This document shows, one piece after another, positions 1 to 12,600 of a DNA stretch of 64,000 nt. The notes beneath the pieces are model-generated. The model ran no database searches. It had not been told where the DNA came from and worked only from the letters and a program-made list of their open reading frames with translations. Where the stretch lies: positions 1-64,000 of IMG/VR virus record IMGVR_UViG_3300032219_000848. One strand, 5' to 3'. The position numbers were made by a program, and so were the translations under genes. Each line of letters begins with the position of its first letter. The first letter of the stretch is position 1. The DNA is from a virus (Duplodnaviria > Caudoviricetes).

Positions 1-1586
1 AAATTCCAATTGTTGGCTGAACTTGGAATTAAACCCCTAAATCCAAAGTTATTGGTTGCATTATTTAAAGAACTTTGAACCTCGAATCCGTATTGATTTG
101 TAACGGTTGAACCTGCACCAAAACCTGCAGTTGCTGCTCTATAATGAATTAAATTAGTCATTGTAAATGATGCAGCTTGAGTACTTGCATCAGTTGCAAA
201 ATAGATTGCTTGGCTAGTTACATCAGATAGAGCTTGTGAACTATTATAAACATTACGGGAATTTGTCGCTCCTGTAATTGCTTTACTAATTATTAAATTA
301 CCACCTAATCCACCTGCTGAACCTCCAGAAATATTTGTAACACTACCTAATGTAATCAAACTACCTGTATCCGTAATATTACTATTACCTATTGCACTTG
401 CACTTGTAAACTTTGGTATTGTATTGGTTGTGCCTGAAAGGGTAGGTGAAACGCCACTAGTGCCTGAAGTACCTGTCGTTCCTGAAGTACCGTTTACTCC
501 AGATGATCCACTAGTACCTGTCGTGCCAGATGTCCCCGTAGTTCCACTAGTACCTGATGTGCCATTTACACCTGAAGTACCTGATGTACCATTAATACCA
601 CTTGTTCCTGATGAACCACTTATACCACTAGAACCTGATGTTCCTGTTGTACCTGATGTACCATTAGTTCCAGAAGAGCCAGATGTTCCATTAACTCCTG
701 ATGTACCACTAGTGCCTGTTAAACCACTTGTGCCTGATGTACCTGAGCTTCCACTTCCAACAGTCCATGTTCTATTTCCAGATAGATCATGAGTTATACC
801 ATTAATAGTTATTGTTCGTGATCCAGGAACAGGAGTATATCCTAATGCAGATTCCACATCTAATTGTGTAACAGGACTTGCTGCTGTAATTAATCCTTTT
901 GCATTAACTTTAAACTTTAAGAAAGTGCTAACTGTATAGACATTTGTATTAACGTCTGATAGAGTTAGTGTAGTTGCAGAACCTGTAACTCCTGATCCAT
1001 ATACATCTCCTACAAAACTAAGAATACCAGAAGGTACACTAATAGCTGTTGTTGTAAGAGCTGTAACTCTACCTTTTGCATCTACAGTTACTACAGGAAT
1101 AAGAGAACCAGAACCATAAGTACCTGGATTTGAATTAACTACAGCTAAAGCTGCGTTCACTGATCCAGGACCAGAAGCAATTACATCACCTGTTAAAGCT
1201 GTAATATAATTACCTGCAGCTTGATAAACTGTAGAGTCTAATGTACCATTACCTTTTACAAATTGAGAAGCTGTTCCTCCTGTTGTAATATGTCTAGCAG
1301 CTTGTAGATTACCTGTAAATGTTAATGTGAAGTTACCACCTATATTTGTATTAGCTGTAAGAGAACCACCTAATCCCACAGGAGCACCAGCAACAGATTG
1401 ATTTACACCATTAGTAAAGATGTATCCTACCATTGCATTTCCAAACTTAGCATCTATTTTCTGTAGAGCAGTTTGTAAAGAATCATTAGTGGTAATACCA
1501 GTGTATATTAATGCGTTACCTTCGTAAAATACGCAAGTAGCATTTAATATAACTGGGCACATATCAGCCGTGCATAATACATCCAT
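1..1586 (-). CDS. Tail/head fibre-like protein with Gly-X-Y repeat (partial, runs off the window start)
   Basis: Manual translation from the ATG at 1586: MDVICTADMCPVILNATCVFYEG...VTVDAKGRVT...(GTS)n...IPKFTSASAIGNSNITD... The frame is open to position 1. It is absent from the ORF track because no stop lies in the window. Gly/Thr/Ser-rich fibre-like composition. Confidence 0.8.
   Translation of the reverse strand, partial: MDVLCTADMCPVILNATCVFYEGNALIYTGITTNDSLQTALQKIDAKFGNAMVGYIFTNGVNQSVAGAPVGLGGSLTANTNIGGNFTLTFTGNLQAARHITTGGTASQFVKGNGTLDSTVYQAAGNYITALTGDVIASGPGSVNAALAVVNSNPGTYGSGSLIPVVTVDAKGRVTALTTTAISVPSGILSFVGDVYGSGVTGSATTLTLSDVNTNVYTVSTFLKFKVNAKGLITAASPVTQLDVESALGYTPVPGSRTITINGITHDLSGNRTWTVGSGSSGTSGTSGLTGTSGTSGVNGTSGSSGTNGTSGTTGTSGSSGISGSSGTSGINGTSGTSGVNGTSGTSGTTGTSGTTGTSGSSGVNGTSGTTGTSGTSGVSPTLSGTTNTIPKFTSASAIGNSNITDTGSLITLGSVTNISGGSAGGLGGNLIISKAITGATNSRNVYNSSQALSDVTSQAIYFATDASTQAASFTMTNLIHYRAATAGFGAGSTVTNQYGFEVQSSLNNATNNFGFRGLIPSSANNWN
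447..752 (-). repeat. 34 uninterrupted Gly-X-Y triplets (GTS/GSS/GTT/GVN), proline-free collagen-like repeat
   Basis: Direct translation of the minus strand: GSS GTS GTS GLT GTS ... GTS GVS. Confidence 0.9.
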
Positions 1587-1630
1587 CTGTAAAAAAGTTA
1601 AATTTTAAATATAAAAATACGGTATTGAAT

Positions 1631-1660
1631 TGTAGGATAGCTATAGAAAACTATCCTACA
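1631..1660 (-). terminator. Perfect 10-bp hairpin downstream of the 1671-aa gene
   Basis: tgtaggatag-N10-ctatcctaca inverted repeat just after the stop at 1669. No clear U-tract. Confidence 0.5.
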
Positions 1661-1668
1661 TAATATAA

Positions 1669-4600
1669 CTATTGTAATCCTATTGGCTTAGCTTCCGATT
1701 GTGCTTTCATCCCTAAGTCTTTTGCTAAGTCAGGAAAGAATAATAATATAGGAAGATCAAACTCATAAGTTACTGGAAATCCTTTTAAGAAATATTTAAT
1801 AACTTTATTTTTCTCAGCTTCTTTTACATCATCTATGCCAAGGTAATACATCTCTAAACCAAAGTTTTTAAAGATTTTAGTAAAATTAGAAATTAATCCT
1901 GTTGCTGGAAATATACCAGATTTTGTTAAGTTTACTAAAGATGTAGGATCATAGAAGTATGAAATCTCATCCCTCACTTTATCTACAACTCTTAACATAA
2001 ACTTGTATCTATTTTGAGCAAGTTTATCATCTTCATCATCTGGAGCTAAAGCTTTTAATACTAAGAACATAGAAGTTAACGTTAGATAAAATACTAAGTC
2101 AACTGCTTGATCTTTTATATTTTTTCTAACAAGATCCATGAAGTCTTGTTCACTCATACGTAAAGGTTTACCTGTTTCTTTTTCGTATTCAAGTCTTTTC
2201 TTTTCATATAATTCTCGCATGTACTCTATACCTTTTTCATTGGCTTGAGCTATATTAATGAATTTAGCAGCAGAGGTTAATACACCATCTGACAAAACTC
2301 TAAATACCATTCTTGTTCTTCCCCACTCATATGCATCTTTTGCAGAATTATATTTAAGATCACCAATACGAACATCTACAAGTCTAGGAATCCAGTTCTT
2401 GAATACCATGAATGACTTACCTATAATGTTAAGATTGATTCTTCTAACATCATCATCTGATAAGTTACCCAATGCATCCTTTGTTAATGATTGAACTTTT
2501 CTACGTAGTTCAAATACACTATCATCTTTTCTTTCTACACCAGGAATAACTAGATTATTATTCTCATCAACAGTGGCAAGATTCATTACTCCTTTTTCTT
2601 CAATTAATTTCTTAATATCATCTTCAAACTCAGACATTAATTTATTTCTATCTTCTGTAGATAATTGATACATAGCTGCATACTTATCAGTTTTACGTAA
2701 ATATTCTCTAACATTTACTAATTTACCATCAAGTACGATTGTATTATCTATGTATGTAAAGAAGTTAACACCTTGAACAAACTGATCAGAGTTTCTCATC
2801 AATGACATTAGTATCTCTTGAACTCCTTCAGGAGTTACACCTATAGATAATTCTTTAGCTATCTTATTGTTGTAATTCTCAGTAAGAGGTAGAAAGTATT
2901 CTAACAATGCTAATCTTCTCTTTCCATCCTCTCCTCCAAAACTAGATGCAATTTTCATTTCGTTAGCAAAGAATTCAGACTTAGTGAAATATGTACCAGC
3001 ATTAATAATACTTTGGAAAGATCCACCAAGTAAGTTAGATAGAGCAGATAATGGATTCAATCCTAATGTTTTTAATTGAAAGTAATTATTAAGACTTGTT
3101 AATGTCTTATTCATTGAGATTTGAGAATCATCAAACTTCTCAGGAAATAAATTAACACCTAGTAATTTATTTGCTTTCTTACCAAATCCAGATATACTTC
3201 CTAACAACTGATCAAAGTTATCACTCTCTACAAACTTATGTCCATAGATGATGGCTTCCATCATATCTCGAATAAGCTGTGTATTATCTGAGTTATCAGA
3301 AGTAGTTTCTAAACTACCATCTTCTTTGTATTTAGTTTTACCAAAATAAGAAGTTTTAATAGCTCCTTTATTAGATTCTACACGAGCAATAAGTCTCATC
3401 TGATCTTCAATCTGACTTAAGTATTCATAGCGAATAGCCATTTCATTTAGAAGAGTCATGTTTCTGAATAAGTCAATACTTGTTTCTTCTCCTGTATCTC
3501 TAGTGAAATATTTAGGAATAGAATAAATAGCTTCTTTTGTAATTGGATCTATATTACCATATCCAACTTCTCCTTCAGTTATTGTAATTTGTCTCAGTAA
3601 GTCTTCACCAACTTTGATATCTCCACCAACTACAATCTTCTCCATTAAACTCTTCCTTACAAATGGTAAGAATGTGCGTGATTGAACAGAGTTAATGTAT
3701 CCTAATTTATCATATGCCTCGTTACGAGATCTAATGTAATCATAGAAAGCTTTAGCTGGTTCATTGCCCTTAGCATTTAATTCTTTCCATTCTTTAGTTT
3801 CCCATGTTTCTCTTTTAGGAAACTTCTTTACTGAATCATACAATAACCAACCTACAGAATCAGGATAAGTAACATTGTATAATTCTTTAGCATCATTCAT
3901 TTCACGAGCTATATCTCTAGCTGTTTCTTCAGCACTCTTGAATCTGGTTTTATTTTTAATACGCTCAAATTCTTTCTCTCTTTTGTCAACAATATATTCT
4001 TTATAAGCTGCTACATCGATATTATCTCTTATCCATGTAAAGTTTTTATCTTTTATTTTTTCTTTTAACTTCGTATAAAATTCTACATCAAACTCATCTA
4101 TTAACTCATTCTTATCTTTCTTCTTGATAACATCGAAATAGTTTTTGCTAGTTAAACCTTTAGCTTTTGCCCATGTATCATATGATTTTTTAAGACCTTG
4201 TAATATTTTTCCTTGCTCCAATGTATCCATCGATGCTTCTCCAAATATTCTGTTGGCAAGTTTATATAATAATTCAGCAGACTTTAATTGAATAGTTGAT
4301 GTAGAAGAAAACCATTTACTAAATCCTTTAATTACTTTTTCAGGAAGTAAGTAATCTAATACATTTTGACTTTTTGCAATAACCTCTGCTGCAAATTCTT
4401 TAGATATATCTTCTAAATCAGAAGCTAATTCTTTTGCAGTTTCACTTACATTTCTTACTTCTTCCCACAATTCTTTAGCTGCTCCTTTTAATTCACCTCT
4501 AAATAAACTTTTTAATTCAGTGGATAAATTTTTATAAACCTCTAATGCATTCTCAAGTTCTAAAGTTCTAGAAGAAAATTCATTCTTTTCTTCTCTACTA

Positions 4601-6684
4601 AACGATGATGGATCTTTACCTTTGAATGTATTTTCATAATCACTAATTAATCTATTAACCTCAGCATTAATTACTTTTGCTTCTTGTAACAATGGACTAA
4701 TCTCTTGTCTCATTTGCAACTGTCGAATTGCATAGAAAAGATTATTAAGGTTTTGTGCTTTCTCAAGTCTTCTATCTGGAGTAGTTTTTCTTTCAGATAT
4801 TGTTTCATACACCTTATTCAACTTCTCAATAAGTGCATCAATCTTTTTATCACCTGTAGATTCAGCTTCTAATGCCAAAGGTAATAGATATGCTTTCTCC
4901 TCAGCTTTAAGATTTATCTGACCAATTTGTACACCTGCAAATTTAGGAAGTTCTCCAGTTTTAGAACTACCTCCAACATATGTAACTTTGATAGGAATCA
5001 TTCGAGTCTGTTCAAAGTCACTAGCTGAAACACCGTAGTTATCTTGAAGAATCTTCTTGTACGCTTTCATTTGTATTCTCCAAGCATCACGCTTGTACCA
5101 AGGAATATCAGCCTTCTCACCTTTAGTGTTGCTATCAGCAAACTTCCAGTCTAGAATACTAACTTTACCTTTTGGAGTTACAGCAACAAAGTCAACCGTA
5201 CCTGCAAGGTCTTTTCCATCAAACACTTTCACCTCAACTAGAAACTTTGTATTTGGATCAAAAGATTCTAATCTTTCTTCCATATTCTCTTTAAGAAGAT
5301 CATAGTAAGATCTATCATTAGGATCTAATAAAGATACATATCCACTATCATCCTTACGTTTATCTTTTGGAAGCAACTTTCTATCTTCTCCAAGAAAATG
5401 TTTAATTAACATGTTTTGTATATCCTTGTGACCTAATGTACCTTTTTCTGCTTTTAATTGTTTTACAGCTTTTTCATATTCTGTATCTGTTAAACTCTTA
5501 TCTGCAAATTTTTTAGAATACCAATCAGATGTAAGGTCTGTAACACGTCTTTTAATTTTATTTCCTCCTATTAAATAACCCTCTTCATTTTTTAATTTAT
5601 CTATACTTAAATCAGTGTTTAATAATTTATCAACAATAACTTGTTGTTTATCTTCAGATGTTTGATAGAACTCACTATATTCAACTCTTGCTTGATCAAC
5701 AGTACCATTAAATTCTCCTGATAGCACTTTAAATGCTGCCTGATCAAATCCACTCTTTAAGAATATACTTTTAATAGAATTAATTATAGCTTGCCACCAC
5801 GATTCAACTCTTGCTAAATTTTCTGGTTTTTCTAGAGAACCTTCATTCTTATTGATAATAGTTTCTGTTAAAACTTTAGCAATAGCTTCTTCTTTTAACT
5901 TCTTGATATTTGGTTTACCATCTGCTTCTTGATATGCTGGCAGTTTTCCATACTCAGCTACTACACGATTATATATTTGATAACCGTTGATTTCCTTCAT
6001 TAACTTATTATATAATGCAGGATCTTGTTGTTTTAGTATCTCTACAACAAAGTGCATAGCTTCTTCTGGAAGAGCTACATCTATTTTATCTTGTGCAACC
6101 TGAACAAGTTTTTGCATGATGTTAGCTACACCATTCATATCTTGATCTACACCATTTATAGAAAGCTTCTTAAGAGTTTCTACTTTTACTCCTATTCTAT
6201 CTAATAAATCTTGTATTAGTTTTATAGTTTGTGCGGATGCTTTAGACGTAGTGGTTGAGTCTTTTCCTGTTTGATAAAACTCTCCTTTATCTTCTTCTGT
6301 ATAATCTCCTCTTTGTTTTTCGTATTTAGAAATTCCTTCTATTTCTTTTTCAAGAATCTTTCTTTCTAAATATTCACGCTCATCAGCATCTGTTGCATTA
6401 AGTATTTCTAGTTGCTCTTTATCAAGTGCAACTTTTACATAGTGACGATATCCTTCTTTTACTGGATAGAAGATTCTACCAATGTTAATATTCTTATTGA
6501 TAGAATCATTCATAGATTTGACATATCCCCTTGTTACAGCAGCTATATTATATTCTCCTATATTAGCAGAGGCATCTAGTAATACCTCAATTCGACCTTG
6601 GTTTCTATCATAATCTAACCAAGGCTTATCTTCTACTACATTTGAGATTGCTCTTTCTAATCCTATACTACAAATTTGTGCCAT
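1669..6684 (-). CDS. Large virion cargo/ejection protein with PD-(D/E)xK-like nuclease motif and degenerate zincin-like motif
   Basis: 1671 aa, directly after the virion RNAP gene. Contains E...GTVDFVAVTPKGKVSILDWK...W.IQ..AY (5143-5202), LPEEAMHF...EEAIAK (6052-6066) and a hydrophobic helix near the C-terminus. Confidence 0.65.
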   Translation of the reverse strand: MAQICSIGLERAISNVVEDKPWLDYDRNQGRIEVLLDASANIGEYNIAAVTRGYVKSMNDSINKNINIGRIFYPVKEGYRHYVKVALDKEQLEILNATDADEREYLERKILEKEIEGISKYEKQRGDYTEEDKGEFYQTGKDSTTTSKASAQTIKLIQDLLDRIGVKVETLKKLSINGVDQDMNGVANIMQKLVQVAQDKIDVALPEEAMHFVVEILKQQDPALYNKLMKEINGYQIYNRVVAEYGKLPAYQEADGKPNIKKLKEEAIAKVLTETIINKNEGSLEKPENLARVESWWQAIINSIKSIFLKSGFDQAAFKVLSGEFNGTVDQARVEYSEFYQTSEDKQQVIVDKLLNTDLSIDKLKNEEGYLIGGNKIKRRVTDLTSDWYSKKFADKSLTDTEYEKAVKQLKAEKGTLGHKDIQNMLIKHFLGEDRKLLPKDKRKDDSGYVSLLDPNDRSYYDLLKENMEERLESFDPNTKFLVEVKVFDGKDLAGTVDFVAVTPKGKVSILDWKFADSNTKGEKADIPWYKRDAWRIQMKAYKKILQDNYGVSASDFEQTRMIPIKVTYVGGSSKTGELPKFAGVQIGQINLKAEEKAYLLPLALEAESTGDKKIDALIEKLNKVYETISERKTTPDRRLEKAQNLNNLFYAIRQLQMRQEISPLLQEAKVINAEVNRLISDYENTFKGKDPSSFSREEKNEFSSRTLELENALEVYKNLSTELKSLFRGELKGAAKELWEEVRNVSETAKELASDLEDISKEFAAEVIAKSQNVLDYLLPEKVIKGFSKWFSSTSTIQLKSAELLYKLANRIFGEASMDTLEQGKILQGLKKSYDTWAKAKGLTSKNYFDVIKKKDKNELIDEFDVEFYTKLKEKIKDKNFTWIRDNIDVAAYKEYIVDKREKEFERIKNKTRFKSAEETARDIAREMNDAKELYNVTYPDSVGWLLYDSVKKFPKRETWETKEWKELNAKGNEPAKAFYDYIRSRNEAYDKLGYINSVQSRTFLPFVRKSLMEKIVVGGDIKVGEDLLRQITITEGEVGYGNIDPITKEAIYSIPKYFTRDTGEETSIDLFRNMTLLNEMAIRYEYLSQIEDQMRLIARVESNKGAIKTSYFGKTKYKEDGSLETTSDNSDNTQLIRDMMEAIIYGHKFVESDNFDQLLGSISGFGKKANKLLGVNLFPEKFDDSQISMNKTLTSLNNYFQLKTLGLNPLSALSNLLGGSFQSIINAGTYFTKSEFFANEMKIASSFGGEDGKRRLALLEYFLPLTENYNNKIAKELSIGVTPEGVQEILMSLMRNSDQFVQGVNFFTYIDNTIVLDGKLVNVREYLRKTDKYAAMYQLSTEDRNKLMSEFEDDIKKLIEEKGVMNLATVDENNNLVIPGVERKDDSVFELRRKVQSLTKDALGNLSDDDVRRINLNIIGKSFMVFKNWIPRLVDVRIGDLKYNSAKDAYEWGRTRMVFRVLSDGVLTSAAKFINIAQANEKGIEYMRELYEKKRLEYEKETGKPLRMSEQDFMDLVRKNIKDQAVDLVFYLTLTSMFLVLKALAPDDEDDKLAQNRYKFMLRVVDKVRDEISYFYDPTSLVNLTKSGIFPATGLISNFTKIFKNFGLEMYYLGIDDVKEAEKNKVIKYFLKGFPVTYEFDLPILLFFPDLAKDLGMKAQSEAKPIGLQ

Positions 6685-9600
6685 TATTCACATTTTAAAT
6701 TATCTGTTTCTAAACTACCAGTCTTGTAATCACGATCATCAGCTATTCCAAAATCAAATCTATCATCATAGTATTCGTTAATGATATCTTTTGTAGGAAT
6801 GATTTCATCTATTTCAAGTTTACGAGTATTGTTATCTAATACAGACTTACCTTCAAATAAACTATACTCAACTGCTAAACCAGGATCACCATACAAGTTA
6901 ATCGCTTTGTAAATATAGTAAGGATTTCCATTATCATCATAATGATACATTGGTTTTTCACCATTCATTACCAATTCATATCCATATTTTATTTCTGTAG
7001 CTTTACCTTCTGTTGCTTCTAATGCAGCACGTCTTAGAGGAGGTAGAGTTTGTCCAGTTATAAAATCTATATCTGTTAATCTTTTATTTTTACCTTCGCC
7101 TAACATTTTAGAAAAAATCCTAGGAATTACAATTACAGAAGCTCCTGAGCCTTTTATGTTTGCACTAACTCCTACTTTTATTAATTTTTTATTTTCATAC
7201 GTAGATCCTAATTTCTCATTTATAAGAACAGATGGAGAACGATATACACTGATCTCTTCATCTTGTGCTGATATAAATGAATAAGCTTCCTCTCTTCGAT
7301 CAACAAAAGTTGTTGTACCATCTTGTAATCGCATAGCTCCCCAGAATGTTGGAGAATATACTGGAACTACATCTGGATCATTGAAATTATTTTTTTGGAA
7401 CCAATTAGCTTTAGCAAAATTCTTAATGTCTTCATCATATACCAAGTTATTAATTACAGGAGCAATCATTCTTGAATAGTCTTCTACAGGAATGATTTTC
7501 TTTAATGAGCTTGGAGTAGTTACACTACCTTGTGTAATTGCTACTTTTACAATATCATTATATAGTTTAACAACTTCAACATCTGGATGATTTCGCATCT
7601 CTCGCATGTATCCAGTTAAAATGTTTTCATCGAACGCATTATCAATTTTAGAAGTTAGCTTGATAGTTTTTGTAGGATTCTTTTCATTCTCATTGAATGC
7701 ATAAGATAATTTATCCAACATCTTAACATCAGGATGTAGTTCTTTGAATTTAACAACTCTATCAAACACAGAATCTTTATCTACTAATAAATCTTTTAAG
7801 TTTAATTCTTCACCCTTAGTGTAGATGATATAATCTAAAAGTGATGCTGTTGCTTTCTCTGCAATTTTTACAAATCTATCAGCACCTATATATTGATTAG
7901 TAGCATAATACTTAAGTAAATCTTTTAACATTGATCTAAATTCATCTTTGTTAAATACAAGATACTCGCCCAAAGCTTTAGTTGCTTTATCTAATGCATT
8001 AATCATTGGTGAAATGAAAGATGATTTTAATATACCATCAATACCATCAATTAAATTTTCTTCTTTAGCTACATCACGTAATGCATTTTTTCTATCAAAT
8101 TCATTTGCATTTTTAAAGTTTGTAGTATCATAGTTAACTGCTTGACTAATTTTAAAGTTAGAATTAGCAAGATCTACAATTTTAACAAATTGATCTAACA
8201 CTGCATGTTGTACAGCATTATCAAGAGCACTTAATGATTTTTTATTTTTAATAGCATTCTTCAATAACTCATTAAGATCTTTCAGCTTATCAACACTACT
8301 TAATCCTGTCAATAATGTATTTGCTTTTGTTAGATTAATATTATTTGTTCCAAAGTTTTTCTTTATATAATCAGTGTTCTCTTTAAGAGAAATAGCAGAT
8401 AAAGATTTCTTTGTAGTATCAAGATACTTAATGTAATCTTTAATGATTGGTTGATTCATAAAGTAAGTGATTGTATCAGTAGGCACACCTGCTCTTTCTA
8501 AGAACATAAATGATCCTACAATACGATCACTATAGATAAGCTTTAAGATGTATGGATCTTTTGAAACGTCTACAAAAGCATTGGCATATTCTGATAACTT
8601 ATCTGAAACATATTGTTTAGTTCCTTCTTGATCCTCACCAACTTTATATAAATTAGATAATGAGATATGCTTCTGTCCATTAATTTCTACAGTGTTATGT
8701 GGTAAGAACAATGTTGTAGAAGAATCTTTAACATAGACTTTTGTCTTCTGATATAATGAGTTACCAGTGATGTTAACAGCAGCAATACCTACCCACTTTT
8801 TAGCAAGAGTAAATGCATGTCTAGTAAATGACATAAAGCTTCTTCTTGTTAATGGGTTAATTATATCAGATTCGTCTACACCTTCTAACTGGTCAATCTC
8901 TTTAGCTAAACCTTTTAATGTACTATCTGTATTTGGATTAGTCAATCTTTTAAAGTTTTCAGGTAATGTCAACAAAGCTTCTAATGAATCGTAATATTCA
9001 TTCTCTAATGATGCCGCATACATTCTATTTACATATTCACTTCTTGTTTTAGAAGCTAAAATATCTGCAAACAAATTATCTTTAACATCTCCAATAGTTT
9101 CAATCTGTGCAAGAATATATTGTGATGGCATTAACTCAGCGTCTGTAGCTTGATCTATAATTTGTGATAATAAGTTTTCGTGAACTGCATAGAATTGCTG
9201 ATCATTTTCATTTAAACTAGTTACATCTGCTGCACCATATAATTGTTGAAGACCTTCCAACTTACTAAAGATAGATACAAGTTCATTTCTAAAATTATCA
9301 TATTTAGAAAGTCTTTCAATCTCTCCCTTTATAGTATCATCAAATACTTTTCTGAAATAGTTCTTAGTTTGTTCTTCTCTTTCTTCTACAGTTTGATCTG
9401 CAGTACCTCTTAATTTAACAAGTCTTACATCACCATCTACATCCTTGTAAATAGAACGTAGGTACATATTCAACTTATCAATATCAAAGTCAGATCCTGC
9501 TTTAGTTGTAATCTCAGAAGGAACAACTACAGAACGTCCCATGTAGTCTGGTAAGAAACCTTTGATTTCAAATACTTCTACTTTATTCAATGCATCTGTA

Positions 9601-12600
9601 GGAATACGGAAACCAATACCTCTTAAGATTTTACCACCATCTGCACTTTGTAAATATGCAAGAATCTCTTCGTCTGTTTTAAATTTATCTCTATCAAACT
9701 TAGACTTGATCCAGTTAGGAAGTAATATTTCACAATGACGTTTACCCTCTTCATCCTCATAGAACTTAAGAGTCTTTGAACCAAAACTTACATTTCCTTT
9801 ATCCTTATCTGATAAAGCTTCATATGCTTCTCTAGAGATTTCTCTGTATCTAGTTACTTCTTCACCATTTACAACAGTTGTATATTTCTCTAGCAACACT
9901 CTTCCTTCTAATGCTTTTTCCCACATTGCTGCAGAAACTTGTACACCAGAGAAACCATTCATCTTAGGAGACACAATAGATTTGTTAACGAGAGAATAAA
10001 GAATGTTTTTGATTTCTGAATAGTTTGTAGATGCTTCGAAAGGAATAACGAATCTACCGTTCTCATCTAATGCAAGACTATCTAAAGCATTCATTGACAT
10101 CTGTTGAGATAACATTGTCTCTCTTAAGATCTTAGCTACATTTGAGTTATCTACAATAGCATATGAACCACCGATATCTTCAAGTCCTAATTTATTTAAC
10201 AAGTTTACATATCCTTGATTAACTAAATTAGCAAGATCCTTAGTGTTTTTCTTTACTAAGTTTTCGATTTCTTCTTGTCTTTCTGGTGTATCACCAATTG
10301 GTGTACCTTCACTATACAAATCAACAGTTGCTAATTTATTTAATTGAGATCCTCTAGTTTGTAACTTGGCTTTTTCATAACTGTTCTCAACTTGAATACC
10401 ATAAGCACTCCAAGGTACATCAATAAAATCAGTCATTGCTGCATCATTGAAAGAACCATCTTTGTTATATAACTCATGTAAGCTTTCAGCACCAACCTTT
10501 CTACCAGAAATTACAACAACATAATCAACCTTGTTATCAAACATTTGCTTATATAATGATGCAAGGTTTGTACCCTTAACAGCACTATAGTAAATAGGAA
10601 CTTGTGAAAACTTATCTAATACAAGATCAATGTTATTCTTACCATATTTGTTACCAGATACAACTGGCTTTAAAATATCTATAATATAATGTGGTCTACG
10701 CTTATTCATTAATTGAATATCATGAGCCTGTAGTTCTGTATTATTATATTTATACCCAGGAAAATTCTGTCTTGTAAATGCCATTTCCCATTGGTGAAAT
10801 GCTTCAGCTTCATCAGACCACTGACCATTCTTCATCTTGATTTCTCTCCATGCGGTAGGAGCTATCCAAGAAGAAGCATCTGTTTCATTAACCTTAGCAT
10901 ATGCTGGATCTATATTAGCAAACGGACTAACTAAATTAACGTCATTAGCAGTGATTGTTCTTAAATAATCTTTTGCTTCATGATATCCATAGTCTTTATC
11001 AGTTAATGCAATACCATCTGCTGTGTTAAAATCAGATCTATTATTAAGAAAATTATTATATTCTACTGAGTTAAATGTTTTTCTACGTTGTGATAAGAAA
11101 GATTTAATACGTTTAGTCTCATCTAAGATACCTTCCTTAACAGCAAACTGTGCAGGATCACCAAATAATATTTTGTGATACTCAATATTATTTAAAACAT
11201 AGTTGGTATTTACAAACGTTAGTAAATTATTTAAATCTGCTTCAGTTATTCTAAGCTTGTTTTTAAAGAAATTATCTACTAATCCTGGATAACTATACTT
11301 ACCTTGTTTTTCAAGATAAGTGATTTCGTTATTATCCATTAGTAATTTCTTAACTTCTTCCTTTGTTTCGTTTAAATAGTTTACAATAGATTTATTAATT
11401 GCTTCTGCATTAGCATCAATGTATTTCTGAATTTCATCATCTGTAATGCTATCAGCAGGAATCATTTCAGTATTGATGTATTCAAGAATTGATTCTGGAA
11501 GAACACCTTTAAACCATCTTAACTCTTTAGCTTTATCTCCAACGTTTCTTAGCTTGCTTCTATTTTTCCAATCTCTAGCAAGATTAATCTCATCAATTAA
11601 ATATCCGTGGAACATAGGTAAAGACTCTTCGACACCAGTTCTTCCATCTTTAAATTTTTCATAGTCTATTCTATTACCTACGTTCATCATCCATTCTGTA
11701 GATGAATCTGCAGGTATTAAGATGTAATAGCTACCAGCAATGTTTTGATTAATTTCAACAGTTAATCTTTGACCTTCTTTTAAAGAAGCAGTTGTTGTAC
11801 CTTTTTTATTCAACTCATCCTCAATACCATCAATGTATTGTACACGAAGTAATTCCCCTGTTCTATCACCATCCTCATCAAAGAAAAGTCCACCCTTCTT
11901 AAGAATATCAGAGTGTGCAGAGAACGTATCATTTAATTGAGGCATCTCTTGTAACAATTCATCAAGGTTGTTTACAGAATTAAATACAGATTCAAAGTAT
12001 GATGGAGCATTAGCTTCAGAAAACTCTTGACGCTGATCACCATTAACGTTAACTAATGATGTGCTATTTAATCTTGATGTAGATAATGCAAATAATCTAG
12101 CAAGTTCTTTTACTCCTGTATCAATATCTAATTGTTTAGATCTAATACTTCTTACTTTAGAAATTTTTGCAGAAGTTAATCCTAGCTTGATATTTCCAAC
12201 TGCTGTTGCAAAATCTTTCTTTTGTTTAATGTTTAATCTATTGTAATTAGTTAAACCAAAACTGATATTTAATACTCGATTTAAAAAGTTTAATTGGTCA
12301 TTGAAATTTTTAACAGATACTTTTTCTATATCTTCTTTATTTATAACGTATCCCCCCTGTTCTTTTTTAATTAACGAGTTAGGAACAGATGCCATTAATA
12401 TAATATTATTATACCAGTCATCCTTGATATCTTTAATTGAACCAACTTGTACAGCTGATCCAATATGTACCTCATTACCTTTTGTAAATTGTTTAATTGC
12501 GTCAGGTCTTTGTTTAGTAAATACCAAGAATGTATTAATAAACAATCTCCAATCATACGCATCGTAACTAGCAAAATTGATACCACCTGTTTCAACACTA

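Noticed and set aside
424-792. Plus-strand Pro/Val-rich 122-aa ORF
   Set aside because: It is the antisense shadow of the Gly-X-Y repeat in the real minus-strand fibre gene.
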